Below are positions 1 to 9,502 of a DNA stretch of 64,000 nt, piece by piece (within the stretch, counting starts at the first letter, position 1; each line of letters opens with the position of its first letter). The translations under genes and the position numbers were made by a program. The notes under the pieces were generated by a model. It was not told the origin of the DNA. It searched no databases and worked only from the letters and a program-made list of their open reading frames with translations. Source of the stretch: an uncultured Clostridia bacterium (GTDB taxonomy: Bacteria > Bacillota > Clostridia > Lachnospirales > Anaerotignaceae); contig CABSIK010000003.1 in assembly GCA_902477755.1 (NCBI GenBank), positions 148,912 through 212,911 on the forward strand, read 5' to 3'.

Positions 1-792
1 GAAAGTATCAAAGCCGTCTGCCGCCATATTTTCAATGCTTTCCTGCCAACGCAGGGAATGGTTGATCTGTTTTTCCATCAGTTCCCTTACTTCTGCTGTG
101 TAAGGTTTTGTTGTGTAGTTGGAATATACAGTCATTTCGGGCTGTTTTACATCCACAGCCTTCAGTGCTTCTGCAAATTCCTTAGATGCTTCGTCCATAA
201 AAGGAGAATGGAAACCGCCGCCTACAGCTACAGGCAGACATCTGCCGCCGGCTTCCTTTACATCTTTTCCGAAACTGTCGAGTTCATCTTTTTTCCCGGC
301 AACAACCAACTGACCGGGGCCGTTGTAGTTTACGGGGAACACATTGTCATATTTTTCCGCCAGTGCTTCCACCTGTTCATTTTCCATTTTCATCACCGCT
401 ACCATAGATGCGGGATGTTCTTTTGCGGCTTTTCCCATGGCTGCTCCTCTGGCACATGCCAGACGGAACCCATCTTCAGGGCTGTATGCGCCTGCAAAAG
501 CCAATGCAGGGATTTCTCCCAGAGAAAAACCTGCCACAGCCTCAGGCACGATGCCTTCTTCCCGCAGAGCAATTGCTGCGGCGATGTCTGCCAGATACAG
601 ACAGGGCTGTGTATTTTCTGTAATCTTCAATTCTTCGGCTGTACCTTCAAAGCACTGCTGCAAAGTGCCAGGGCGGATTTCCTCCGCCCGAGCAAACAGT
701 TCTTTTACGCTTTCTTTGTTTTCGTAAAAGTCCTTGCCCATACCGGCCTTCTGCGCGCCCTGCCCTGAAAAGACAAAGGCTATTTTACCCAT
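1..792 (-). CDS. fabD: malonyl CoA-ACP transacylase (C-terminal end cut by window edge)
   Basis: Not in the ORF track because it runs off the window. Minus-strand translation from ATG 792..790 reads MGKIAFVFSGQGAQKAGMGKDFYE...EAVAGFSLGEIPALAFAG (GxSxG acyltransferase serine). Start overlaps the fabK stop (ATGGGTAAAATAG). The 58..768 plus ORF is its antisense shadow. Confidence 0.85.
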   Translation of the reverse strand, partial: MGKIAFVFSGQGAQKAGMGKDFYENKESVKELFARAEEIRPGTLQQCFEGTAEELKITENTQPCLYLADIAAAIALREEGIVPEAVAGFSLGEIPALAFAGAYSPEDGFRLACARGAAMGKAAKEHPASMVAVMKMENEQVEALAEKYDNVFPVNYNGPGQLVVAGKKDELDSFGKDVKEAGGRCLPVAVGGGFHSPFMDEASKEFAEALKAVDVKQPEMTVYSNYTTKPYTAEVRELMEKQINHSLRWQESIENMAADGFDTF

Positions 793-1730
793 TTTGCAGC
801 TCCTTTCAGCAGTTCTTCCGCTTCGGTCGCGATTTCTTTCACGATTTCCGCAGCGGGCTGTGCTTTTTTCACCATACCGGAAATCTGACCTGCCAGGAAG
901 CAGCCGGCTTTTGTATCGCCTTCTACAGCTGCTTTGCGCAGTGCGCCAACACCCAGCTCAGCCACATCTTCCGCTGTTGTTTCCGGTGCATATTCCACTT
1001 TCAGGAATTCACGGCTGAAAGGATTTTTCAGACAACGGCAAGTGTTGCCGCCAAAACGTCTGCCTGTGGTAACGGTGGAGATGTCAGTTGCTTTCAGAAC
1101 CATGTCTTTGTAGTTCTGGTGCACGCCGCATTCTTCTGCCAACAGGAAACGAGTCCCCATCTGCACGCCTACTGCGCCCAGCATGAAAGCCGCTGCCATA
1201 CCGCGTCCGTCACCGATGCCGCCTGCCGCCAGTACAGGAATGTTCACAGCGTCGCATACCTGAGGCACCAGTGGCATTGTTGTCATTTCCCCGATATGCC
1301 CACCGGATTCGCCGCCTTCTGCGATAACAGCGGAAGCACCTGCTTTTTCCATCATTTTTGCTGCTGCAACAGATGCAACAACAGGAATTACAGTAATGTT
1401 TGCTTCCTTCCACATTCCCATGTATTTTTTAGGCATACCCGCACCTGTGGTAACAACAGCTACCTTTTCTTCAGCCACGATTTTTGCCACTTCATCCACA
1501 TGAGGGCTCATGAGCATGATATTCACGCCAAAAGGTTTGTCTGTCAGTTCTCTGGCAATCCGAATCTGTTCACGCAGGTAGTCGCCGCCTGCGTTCATGG
1601 CAGAGATGATGCCCAGACCGCCGCCATTGGAAACGGCTGCTGCCAGTTTACCATCTGCAATCCAAGCCATGCCCCCCTGGAAAATGGGGTATTCAATGCC
1701 TATCATTTCGCAAATCGGTGAAACAATCAT
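780..1730 (-). CDS. fabK: enoyl-ACP reductase II (FMN, nitronate monooxygenase fold)
   Basis: 316 aa, MIVSPICEMIGIEYPIFQGGMAWIADGKLAAAVSNGGGLGII... typical FabK/NMO TIM-barrel N-terminus. Lies between acpP and fabD. Confidence 0.85.
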   Translation of the reverse strand: MIVSPICEMIGIEYPIFQGGMAWIADGKLAAAVSNGGGLGIISAMNAGGDYLREQIRIARELTDKPFGVNIMLMSPHVDEVAKIVAEEKVAVVTTGAGMPKKYMGMWKEANITVIPVVASVAAAKMMEKAGASAVIAEGGESGGHIGEMTTMPLVPQVCDAVNIPVLAAGGIGDGRGMAAAFMLGAVGVQMGTRFLLAEECGVHQNYKDMVLKATDISTVTTGRRFGGNTCRCLKNPFSREFLKVEYAPETTAEDVAELGVGALRKAAVEGDTKAGCFLAGQISGMVKKAQPAAEIVKEIATEAEELLKGAAKWVK

Positions 1731-1744
1731 TTCTTTCCCTCCAA

Positions 1745-1969
1745 TTAGTTCTGTTTGCTTTCGATCATTTTAACCAGATCAGCAACAGTTTCTACTTTGT
1801 TGTCGCCCATTTCGATTTCTGTGCCCAGTTCTTCTTCCAGGCTCATGAGCAGTTCCATAACGTCCAGAGAGTCGATCCCCAGATCAGCAAATTTTGTTTC
1901 CATTGTGATTTCGGAAACTTCACATTCCAGTTTTTCTGCCAACAGTGCTGCGATTTTTTCAAATACCAT
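1745..1969 (-). CDS. acpP: acyl carrier protein
   Basis: 74 aa acidic protein with phosphopantetheine site LGIDSLDVMEL. Located in the FAS II cluster. Confidence 0.9.
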   Translation of the reverse strand: MVFEKIAALLAEKLECEVSEITMETKFADLGIDSLDVMELLMSLEEELGTEIEMGDNKVETVADLVKMIESKQN

Positions 1970-2082
1970 GATGCATTCTCCTTTTCTTCTCTAAAAAAAT
2001 GATTTCGTCTTGTTCAGGGCAGCAAGCTGTCCCCAATATTGCCGCATGAAGCGGACATGTATATGATGCCTTTTTTGGCTCA

Positions 2083-3036
2083 TTACCATCTTACGATGCA
2101 GGCTGCACTTGCCAGACCGCCGCCGAAAGCAGGCAGCAGCAGCAGATCGCCTTTCTGCAGCATTCCCTTGCGGTTCATTTCATCCAGCGCAATGGGGATA
2201 CTTGCGGAGGAAGTATTGCCGTAACGGTCAATATTCACATAAAATTTCTCCTTGGGTACTTTCAGCATCACGCTTGCAAAGTCAATGATACGCTGATTTG
2301 CCTGGTGAGGTACGATGTACTTGATATCCTCAAATGTCAGACCATTCTGCTGGAGCAGCTGTTTTGTGTCATGACAAATGGCGTTTACAGCAAACTTAAA
2401 TGTATCCTGTCCGCGCATGTGGATATAAGGTTTTTTCTGTGTTCCTTCGTAAAAAGGAGATTTCCCAATCATTTGGGGAATGTCGATGACATTGTCACCG
2501 CCTTTTACATGGAATACAGAGTCAAGGTAATTGTCACCTTCACCCAGAACCACTGCCCCTGCGCCATCACCAAAAATGACACAGGTACTTCTGTCTTCCC
2601 AGTCCACAATACGGCTCAATCTTTCTGCGCCAATGACCAGTACTTTCTTCGCCTTGCCTCTGGCAAAAAAACCTGCCGCTGTTTCCAGTGTGAAAACAAA
2701 TGCAGAGCATGCCGCGTTGATGTCCATGGTCATACAGTCCAGACCCAGAATATTCTGAATCATACAGGAAACAGAAGGAGAAATGGATTCCCCGCTGACA
2801 CTGGCTGCAAGGATCAGATCGATCTCTTCTTTTTTCACACCGCTGTTTTCCAGCGCTGCCAGTGCTGCTTTGGCGCCCATGTCTGCCGCCGTTTCGTTGG
2901 TGCTCACGTGGCGTTCTTTTACGCCTACGCGCTGCATGATCCACTCGTCATTTGTATCTACGATTTTAGACATATCATCATTGGTTACCACTCTGGGAGG
3001 CACATACATGCCCGTTCCCAATATAGAAAAACTCAT
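2083..3036 (-). CDS. fabH: 3-oxoacyl-ACP synthase III
   Basis: ORF 2083..3141 trimmed to ATG 3036, which follows AGGAGGAAAGAAGA. MSFSILGTGMYVPPRVVTNDDM...NAACSAF...VPHQANQRI...YGNTSSASIP matches KAS III Cys/His/Asn regions. Confidence 0.9.
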   Translation of the reverse strand: MSFSILGTGMYVPPRVVTNDDMSKIVDTNDEWIMQRVGVKERHVSTNETAADMGAKAALAALENSGVKKEEIDLILAASVSGESISPSVSCMIQNILGLDCMTMDINAACSAFVFTLETAAGFFARGKAKKVLVIGAERLSRIVDWEDRSTCVIFGDGAGAVVLGEGDNYLDSVFHVKGGDNVIDIPQMIGKSPFYEGTQKKPYIHMRGQDTFKFAVNAICHDTKQLLQQNGLTFEDIKYIVPHQANQRIIDFASVMLKVPKEKFYVNIDRYGNTSSASIPIALDEMNRKGMLQKGDLLLLPAFGGGLASAACIVRW

Positions 3037-3157
3037 TCTTCTTTCCTCCTGCAATATGCAATCTTTTGTGCTTACGATATTTAGTCCCCGTTTTGGCAAA
3101 AAGGTTACAGGAAATTGATATTTTTTTGCACTTTTTTCCAAACAAAAAGGAAACCGA

Positions 3158-3176
3158 CTTTTGTACCGTACAAAAA
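3158..3176 (-). terminator. perfect palindrome CTTTTGTAC-C-GTACAAAAG; possible terminator of the sigma/anti-sigma pair or an operator upstream of fabH
   Basis: 9-bp arms read directly. On the minus strand it is followed by UCGGUUUCCUUUUUGUUU. Confidence 0.35.
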
Positions 3177-3193
3177 GCCCCTTTGTTCCCCTG

Positions 3194-3520
3194 TCAGCCT
3201 CTTTTTCTCATCCGCATCCACAACAGTACCAATAAGCACCAGGAAGCGCATACATAGGACAAAAATCCAATGCCGATAAGCATTCTCCTATGACGCATTT
3301 TTTCCGCCAAGCGGCAAAACTCCTGTTCTGCTGTATTTTCTGCCGGAATCTGTCCCCTGCTGGAGGTTTTTTGAGAGAATCTGCGATATTGCTTGTAATA
3401 CTGACGGCAGTCGGGACACGTCCGCAAATGCGCCGCCACACTGTTTTTTGTCACAGGGTTTGCCAGCCCGTCCTGATACAGAGCCACCAAGTCCATGACG
3501 ATCTCACATGGCAAATTCAT
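3194..3520 (-). CDS. anti-sigma factor, zf-HC2 type, single C-terminal TM helix
   Basis: 108 aa. HLRTCPDCRQYY zinc-finger motif and hydrophobic tail IGIGFLSYVCASWCLLVLLW. Start overlaps the stop of the upstream sigma gene by 17 nt. Confidence 0.75.
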   Translation of the reverse strand: MNLPCEIVMDLVALYQDGLANPVTKNSVAAHLRTCPDCRQYYKQYRRFSQKTSSRGQIPAENTAEQEFCRLAEKMRHRRMLIGIGFLSYVCASWCLLVLLWMRMRKRG

Positions 3521-4010
3521 CTTTCAACACCTCCATCATTTTTTTCTTCGCGCGGAAAAAGATCACCTTTGCGGAATTTTCACTGATCTTCAACGCCAGT
3601 GCGATTTCAGAAAAAGGAAGTTCCGCATAAATCCGCAGCAGCACCACATCCCGGTATTTTTTCGGTATTTCCCGTACCATGGCGCGGACTGCTTTTTCCA
3701 CATATTTCTTATGGACATATTCTTCCGGGTCTGCATTCTGCGTATAATAGGTATTGACTACCAAATCCAGATTTGCAGAGTCCAAATGCAGTTTGTTGCG
3801 TTTGAGATATTTGAAATAAACATGCTTTCCGATGGATGCCAGCCAGGTAAAAACTTCGCACTCTCCGCGAAAACGGTGAAAGGATGTATATGCCTGCAAA
3901 AAAGTTTCCTGCGCCAGGTCTTCCGCCAGAGCGCGATCCCCACACAGACGATGCAAAAAAGCATATACTCTGTCATAATATGCCCGATAGAGCATTTCAA
4001 ATGAATTCAC
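3504..4010 (-). CDS. RNA polymerase ECF-type sigma-70 factor
   Basis: ORF 3504..4061. I prefer the in-frame GTG at 4010, preceded by GGGGGTGAGCAG, because the ATGs at 4061 and 4052 lack an SD. Region 2 (YDRVYAFLHRLCGDRALAEDLAQETF) and region 4 (LPKKYRDVVLLRIYAELPFSEIALALKISENSAKVIFFRAKKKM) are recognisable. Confidence 0.8.
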   Translation of the reverse strand: MNSFEMLYRAYYDRVYAFLHRLCGDRALAEDLAQETFLQAYTSFHRFRGECEVFTWLASIGKHVYFKYLKRNKLHLDSANLDLVVNTYYTQNADPEEYVHKKYVEKAVRAMVREIPKKYRDVVLLRIYAELPFSEIALALKISENSAKVIFFRAKKKMMEVLKDEFAM

Positions 4011-4198
4011 CTGCTCACCCCCGTTCGCCTGTTTCGCATTACAGTATACCATAAGAAACATGGAAAATCCAGTAACTTTCTATGGCTTCTTTCGCAAATG
4101 GGCATCAAAAGGGACAGAATTCGCTTTCTGGGGTAAAAAAAATTTATTTTCATCTTGACAATTTTATAAAAATGAAGCAAAATATTAGTGTTGCGTAT

Positions 4199-4272
<74 letters not shown>

Positions 4273-4273
4273 T

Positions 4274-4308
4274 AAAAAAAGGAACCTTTTTAGGTTCCTT
4301 TTTTATTT
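4274..4308. terminator. bidirectional intrinsic terminator
   Basis: AAAGGAACCT-TTTT-AGGTTCCTTT, a 10-bp stem flanked by an A-run and a T-run. Lies between the tRNA-Pro 3' end and the stop of the convergent 4314..4721 gene. Confidence 0.8.
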
Positions 4309-4313
4309 TCTGA

Positions 4314-4721
4314 TTATTCTTTTTCTGCAGCTTCAAAAATTTCTTCTGCGGATTTTTTGTAATATCCTGTGCTGTCTTCTGCCACAGTTGCCGCGATTTT
4401 TGTGCCATAATACAGACGGCAGGCTTCCGCTGCATCCATACGATGTGCCTTTGCCATGCGTCCAACGACATCAATGAGCAATTCTGTTCTGTCTTCATAA
4501 TGCCCATAAGTATCTTCTTCCGCGTCTCTTTCCAGCGCCATCATCCCGTCGATCATGCCGATGTAAAAAGCAGTATCCATTTCCGGGAACTGTTTTCTGG
4601 TATCCTGCAGCAGCCGGATTACGCCGTTTTTGTCAAAGGCTTCAAAAACCTTATGTCCGGGAATGTTTTTGGCAAAGCTGTAATACTCGATGCAGGAAAC
4701 GATCATTCTCAATTCATCCAT
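4314..4721 (-). CDS. hypothetical protein, DUF3791-like
   Basis: ORF 4314..4766 starts at TTG. The in-frame ATG at 4721 follows GGAAAGGAG plus 9 nt. MDELRMIVSCIEYYSFAKNIPGHKVFEAFDKNGVIRLL resembles DUF3791 proteins as I remember them. Function unknown. Confidence 0.5.
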   Translation of the reverse strand: MDELRMIVSCIEYYSFAKNIPGHKVFEAFDKNGVIRLLQDTRKQFPEMDTAFYIGMIDGMMALERDAEEDTYGHYEDRTELLIDVVGRMAKAHRMDAAEACRLYYGTKIAATVAEDSTGYYKKSAEEIFEAAEKE

Positions 4722-4854
4722 TTCTGCACGCTCCTTTCCTTCTGTATCATACCTGTTTTTTGTCAAAATTTCAACAGCCGTTTTTGTTTTTGCTTGACAA
4801 GTGACGAAAGAAAATGCAGTATGTTGTTATAAAAAGAAAAAGGAGCGATATGAC

Positions 4855-5514
4855 ATGATTTCTGTTACCATAGACGAAAGCATCAAAGAACGCTGTCCCG
4901 AAGCGGTACTGGGACTTTTGCAGTGCAAAGTTTCCGTGCATCCTGATGATGAAAAATTTCTTGCCCTGCTCAACGGCAAGATTGCAGAACTGTCTGAAGT
5001 GGAGCTGTCCCAGGCAAACAAACGGGACTATATCCAATCCACTCGGAAAGCATACAAGGCACTGGGCAAAGAACCCAACCGCTACCGCAATTCCTGCGAA
5101 GCCATGTGCCGCAGAATTGCCAAAGAACGGGGACTTTACTACATCAATAACGTGGTAGATATCAATAACTACCTTTCTATTCTGTCTGGCTATTCCATGG
5201 GCACTTATGATCTGGCACACGTCACCGGCGGCATCACTTGGAAACGTGCTCCTGAAGGCACCGCTTATCAGGGCATCGGCAAAGACGTGCTGAATATTGA
5301 ATTCCTTCCTGCCCTCTTTGACGAAGTAGGACCTTTTGGCAATCCAACCAGTGACAACACCCGTGCCATGATTACCGATGATACCAAAGAAATCCTGTTG
5401 GTGTACTACACCTTCAATGGCGGTCAGGAACTGGAATCCCTGCTGGAACTCTCCAAAGAACTGCTGGAAAAACATGCGGCAGGCACAGATTTTGAAATTC
5501 AGATTTTGAAGTAA
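4855..5514 (+). CDS. B3/B4 tRNA-binding-domain protein (PheT B3/4-like, COG3382-type)
   Basis: ORF 4801..5514 trimmed to ATG 4855 after AAAAGGAG. RKAYKALGKEPNRYRNSCEAMCRRI...NNVVDINNYLSILSGYSMGTYD resembles stand-alone B3_4 domain proteins. Confidence 0.65.
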   Translation: MISVTIDESIKERCPEAVLGLLQCKVSVHPDDEKFLALLNGKIAELSEVELSQANKRDYIQSTRKAYKALGKEPNRYRNSCEAMCRRIAKERGLYYINNVVDINNYLSILSGYSMGTYDLAHVTGGITWKRAPEGTAYQGIGKDVLNIEFLPALFDEVGPFGNPTSDNTRAMITDDTKEILLVYYTFNGGQELESLLELSKELLEKHAAGTDFEIQILK

Positions 5515-5528
5515 GATATTCTGAAATA

Positions 5529-5567
5529 CAAAAAGATGGCAGACTTTGATATCTGCCATCTTTTTTA
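5529..5567. terminator. bidirectional intrinsic terminator between convergent genes
   Basis: AAAAAGATGGCAGA-CTTTGATA-TCTGCCATCTTTTTT, a 10-bp GC-containing stem with A5 and T6 flanks. Confidence 0.8.
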
Positions 5568-5583
5568 TATACATTTTCTTACT

Positions 5584-6867
5584 TTACCCTTCTACCGCAA
5601 AAGATTTCAGTCTGTTTGCCGCTTCCTCATCCACATAAACCTCCAGCAATACCCCTTCTGCTGTATGTTCTTCTCGGATGATTTCGCATCTGCCATGTAC
5701 CCAGCCTGCCAATGCACCTTCTGTATAAGGCAGCAGTACCGTCATGGACTTACGGAAGCTTTTCAGCAGCTTTTCGATGGTTGCCAGCATCTGTTCCAGC
5801 CCCATCTGTTTCCCTGCGGAAATCTGCACGATTTCCCTTGCCATTCTGTCCATGGGCAAAGGCAGCTCCACTTCTCTGTCCATTTTGTTATAAACAGTAA
5901 TAACCGGTGTATCTTCGCAGCCCAGACCTCTCAGGGTGTCATATACCACTCGCATCTGTTCTTCTCTGTTAGGATTGGACGCATCCACCACATGGAGGAG
6001 AATATCCGCATACTTCAATTCTTCCAGTGTGGCACGGAATGCCTGAATCAGATGGTGGGGCAGTTTCTGGATAAAACCTACGGTATCTGTCATCAGGATT
6101 TCAGAACCGCCGGGCAGTTCCACTTTTCTGGTAGTAGTATCCAGTGTGGCAAAGAGTTTATCCTCTGCTAATACCCCGGCTTGTGTCAATACATTCAATG
6201 TAGTGGATTTTCCGGCATTGGTATAGCCCACCAGAGAAACCACAGGGGTGCCTTTTTTGTTTCGCTGGCTGCGCAAAAGTTCCCGATGGGTCTGGATTTC
6301 TTTCAAATCCCGATTCAGTTCTGCAATTCGTTCTTTGATGTGACGGCGGTCTGTTTCCAGCTTCTTTTCGCCGGGACCTCTTGTACCGATACCGCCCCCC
6401 AGACGGGACATGGATGCACCCATACCTGTCAGACGGGACATACGGTATTTCAGCTGTGCCAGTTCTACCTGAATTTTCCCTTCGCCAGAAATAGCACGAC
6501 CGGCAAAAATATCCAAAATGACGATGGTTCTGTCCATAACCTTTGTTTCCAGCATTTTTTCCAGATTTTTCAGCTGTGCCGGAGAAAGTTCATCGTCACA
6601 GACAATGCCTGTGGCATCGTATGTATGAATCATCATTTTCAGTTCTTCAATTTTGCCTTTTCCCAGATAATGACCGGGATGTACCCGTTCTCTGCGCTGG
6701 ATGGTACGGGCAACGGCTGTTGCACCTGCTGTATTTACCAGTTCTTCCAACTCATCCAGACAGGCTTCCACAGCCATGGCAGAAGGACTATCCTTGTCCT
6801 CCAGCTCAATGCCTACCAGTATCAATCTTTCTTCTGTATCTTTATTTTCATGCAATTCTTTTGCCAT
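5584..6867 (-). CDS. hflX: GTPase HflX
   Basis: 427 aa. GYTNAGKSTTLN (G1), DTVGF (G3), NKMD (G4), and an HflX N-terminal domain. Confidence 0.9.
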   Translation of the reverse strand: MAKELHENKDTEERLILVGIELEDKDSPSAMAVEACLDELEELVNTAGATAVARTIQRRERVHPGHYLGKGKIEELKMMIHTYDATGIVCDDELSPAQLKNLEKMLETKVMDRTIVILDIFAGRAISGEGKIQVELAQLKYRMSRLTGMGASMSRLGGGIGTRGPGEKKLETDRRHIKERIAELNRDLKEIQTHRELLRSQRNKKGTPVVSLVGYTNAGKSTTLNVLTQAGVLAEDKLFATLDTTTRKVELPGGSEILMTDTVGFIQKLPHHLIQAFRATLEELKYADILLHVVDASNPNREEQMRVVYDTLRGLGCEDTPVITVYNKMDREVELPLPMDRMAREIVQISAGKQMGLEQMLATIEKLLKSFRKSMTVLLPYTEGALAGWVHGRCEIIREEHTAEGVLLEVYVDEEAANRLKSFAVEG

Positions 6868-6887
6868 GTCTTACTCCTCTCTGCTGT

Positions 6888-7721
6888 TTACCGCAGCCAA
6901 ACGCCGTCAAAAGAGAATCTGGCAGGACCTGTCATATAAATATGGTTGTCGGATTCTCTCCATTCGATTTCCAAAGTGCCGCCCAGAAGCTGGATACGCA
7001 CCTTTCTGTCACACAATCCGTTGAGCACCGCTGCCACCAATGTAGCAGATGCCCCTGTACCGCATGCCATTGTTTCGCCGCTGCCTCTTTCCCAAACACG
7101 CATACTCATGTGAGTGCGGTCAATGACATGGGCAAACTCAATATTTGCCTTTTTGGGGAACATGGGATGGACTTCTGCCACTTTGCCGTATTTTTCCACT
7201 TCAAAATGTTCTGTATCATCCACAAAAATGACCCCATGAGGATTTCCCATGGAAACACAGGTCACATCAAAAGTCTTGTCCAAAATCTGCAATTTTTCCC
7301 CAATGACAGGTGTTTTGTCGCTGATAACGGGAATCTGTGCCGCTTCCAGAATAGGTTCTCCCATATCCGCTGTAACGGCAATGACAATGTCATTCTGAAT
7401 ATGTAACTGCAATGTTTTGATGCCGCCCAGAGTTTCCAGTGTAATGACGTTCTTTTTGGTCATGCCCCGTTCGTAAACATATTTGCCGATACAGCGAACA
7501 GCATTGCCGCACATTTCCCCTTCAGAACCGTCCATGTTGAACATCCGCATACGAAAGTCCGCTACTTCAGAAGGCAAAATCAATACCAAACCGTCAGCGC
7601 CTACGCCGAAATGACGCTCACTCATGGCAACCGCCAGCATATCGGGATATTTCACTTCTTCTTCAAAACCATTGATGTAAATATAATCGTTGCCGCAGCC
7701 TTCCATTTTTGTAAAACGCAT
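6888..7721 (-). CDS. dapF: diaminopimelate epimerase
   Basis: 277 aa. MRFTKMEGCGNDYIYI, catalytic Cys motifs MCGNAVRC and MACGTGASA. Confidence 0.9.
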   Translation of the reverse strand: MRFTKMEGCGNDYIYINGFEEEVKYPDMLAVAMSERHFGVGADGLVLILPSEVADFRMRMFNMDGSEGEMCGNAVRCIGKYVYERGMTKKNVITLETLGGIKTLQLHIQNDIVIAVTADMGEPILEAAQIPVISDKTPVIGEKLQILDKTFDVTCVSMGNPHGVIFVDDTEHFEVEKYGKVAEVHPMFPKKANIEFAHVIDRTHMSMRVWERGSGETMACGTGASATLVAAVLNGLCDRKVRIQLLGGTLEIEWRESDNHIYMTGPARFSFDGVWLR

Positions 7722-7768
7722 GTTGTTTCCTCCTTGCTATGTAGGGGCGGTACAAAGACCGCCTGTGT

Positions 7769-8002
7769 TTAGTGCTGTCCGTGGGTCGTCGGTACCATTT
7801 CTCGCTCCTGTGCCACTGCGCTGTAAATCCGCAGAGACCAAAGCCCTGCCAGACCTACCAGTGCAAAAATCACACGCGCCAGCCAGAACATGGAACCGCC
7901 GAAAATGGTCGTTACCAGATCGAATCCAAAAAATCCGATAAGACCCCAGTTCAGCGCACCGATGATGACAAGTGTCAAAGCAATATAATTCCCTGTTTTC
8001 AT
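7769..8002 (-). CDS. DUF378 small membrane protein
   Basis: 77 aa. IALTLVIIGALNWGLIGFFGFDLV is the DUF378 signature. Two TM helices. Confidence 0.75.
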   Translation of the reverse strand: MKTGNYIALTLVIIGALNWGLIGFFGFDLVTTIFGGSMFWLARVIFALVGLAGLWSLRIYSAVAQEREMVPTTHGQH

Positions 8003-8071
8003 GCTTTTGACCTCCTAATGGTATGATCAACAGATATATCTGTATCCATAGTATTCCTTGTCTTTTGAATT

Positions 8072-9340
8072 TTATGAAAAAAGTTTTTCAACTGTGTTGG
8101 CAAAATCTACCCCTTTGAGATTTCCCACAGCGGAATAGCTCATTTTGGGCTTTTCAAAAACCAGTTCTGCCACTTCTGCCAAGTCTTTCTGTGTCACTGC
8201 TTCTATTTTTTCAATGACTTCTTCCATTTCCTGCACTTTTCCACGCAGGAGCATAGCGGAACCTGCCGCTGTCATACGGTTCAATGTGCTTTCAGAACCA
8301 ATGATGAAATTGCTGATCATCTGTTCTTTTGTCACATTCAGAATCTTTTCGGAAATGCCTTCTTTTCGCACTGCCGCAATTTCTGATGCAATGCCTTTGT
8401 ATACCGCCTCAGCCTGAGAGGGATTCATGCTGGCATAAATGGAAAAAAGTCCCGTATCCGCAAAAGCTGTGGTATAGCTGTAAATGGAATAAGTCAATCC
8501 CTGTTCCTCGCGGATTTTCTGGAACAGACGAGAGCTCATGCCGCCGCCAAAAACCGTGTTAAAAATTGCCATGGCGTATTTCAGGGGATGTTCTCTCTCC
8601 AACCCTTCAAAGGCAATACATGTGTGAAGCTGTTCCACATCTTTTTTCTTCTGAATCCATGACTGGTGGTAAGAAGCTTTTGTTTCCAAAGGACAATAAG
8701 GTGCCTTTGCCTGCCATCTGCCAAAGTAATGGTTCAGCATCTCCAACATTTCTTCCCGTTTGAAGTTCCCTGCCACGGAAAGCACAATATTTTCCGTATG
8801 ATAATTCTTTTCATAATAAGCGCGGATTTTTGCCGCATCCAGATTGCCAATGGTTTCTTCTGTTCCCAGAATGGGCATTCCCAAACTGCTTTTCTGCCAG
8901 ATACTATCTTGTAGGCAATCATGCACCAGTTCCTCCGGCGCATCGTCATACATATAGATTTCTTCTGTGATGACGTTCCGTTCCTTATCCACTTCTTCCT
9001 GCGAAAAAGCCGGATGCAGGAGCATATCACTCATAACTTCCATGGCTTGTTTCACATGCTTGTCCAGCACACGGGTATGATAACAAGTATATTCTTTTGT
9101 GGTATAGGCGTTGATCTGTCCGCCCAAAGCGTCCATTTCCTCGGCAATCTGTCTTGCGGAGCGGTTTTCTGTTCCCTTGAACATCATGTGTTCAATGTAA
9201 TGGGAAATACCGTTTTCCTCAGGACGCTCGTTTCTCGTGCCATTTTTCACCCAGATACCAAAGGAAATACTGCGGACATAGCCAATTTCCTCCAGCACCA
9301 CTTGTATTCCGTTTTCCAATTTTTCTATGGTCAGCATCAT
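8072..9340 (-). CDS. M16 family (pitrilysin/insulinase) zinc peptidase
   Basis: 422 aa. Inverted zinc motif HYIEHMMFKGT. Commonly found downstream of pnp in Firmicutes. Confidence 0.85.
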   Translation of the reverse strand: MMLTIEKLENGIQVVLEEIGYVRSISFGIWVKNGTRNERPEENGISHYIEHMMFKGTENRSARQIAEEMDALGGQINAYTTKEYTCYHTRVLDKHVKQAMEVMSDMLLHPAFSQEEVDKERNVITEEIYMYDDAPEELVHDCLQDSIWQKSSLGMPILGTEETIGNLDAAKIRAYYEKNYHTENIVLSVAGNFKREEMLEMLNHYFGRWQAKAPYCPLETKASYHQSWIQKKKDVEQLHTCIAFEGLEREHPLKYAMAIFNTVFGGGMSSRLFQKIREEQGLTYSIYSYTTAFADTGLFSIYASMNPSQAEAVYKGIASEIAAVRKEGISEKILNVTKEQMISNFIIGSESTLNRMTAAGSAMLLRGKVQEMEEVIEKIEAVTQKDLAEVAELVFEKPKMSYSAVGNLKGVDFANTVEKLFS

Positions 9341-9502
9341 TCTTCCCTGCTTTCCCTATGGTTTTTTGTTAGGATATTCCATCCTGAAAAAAATATACGT
9401 CAAAGGTTCTGTTATCGCATACTTCTCTATGTTACAGTATATCAAAATGCCTTTGCTTCCGCTACCTATTTTTCCCTTTATAAAAAAAGAATCTTCTCTT
9501 TA

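Noticed and set aside
58-768. 236-aa plus ORF at the left edge
   Set aside because: It is the antisense shadow of the truncated fabD gene, whose translation shows the GFSLGE acyltransferase motif.
4155-4186. Promoter for tRNA-Pro
   Set aside because: A perfect TTGACA is present at 4155..4160, but no convincing -10 hexamer sits at 16-18 nt spacing (CAAAAT/AAAATA). It is therefore not listed as a feature.
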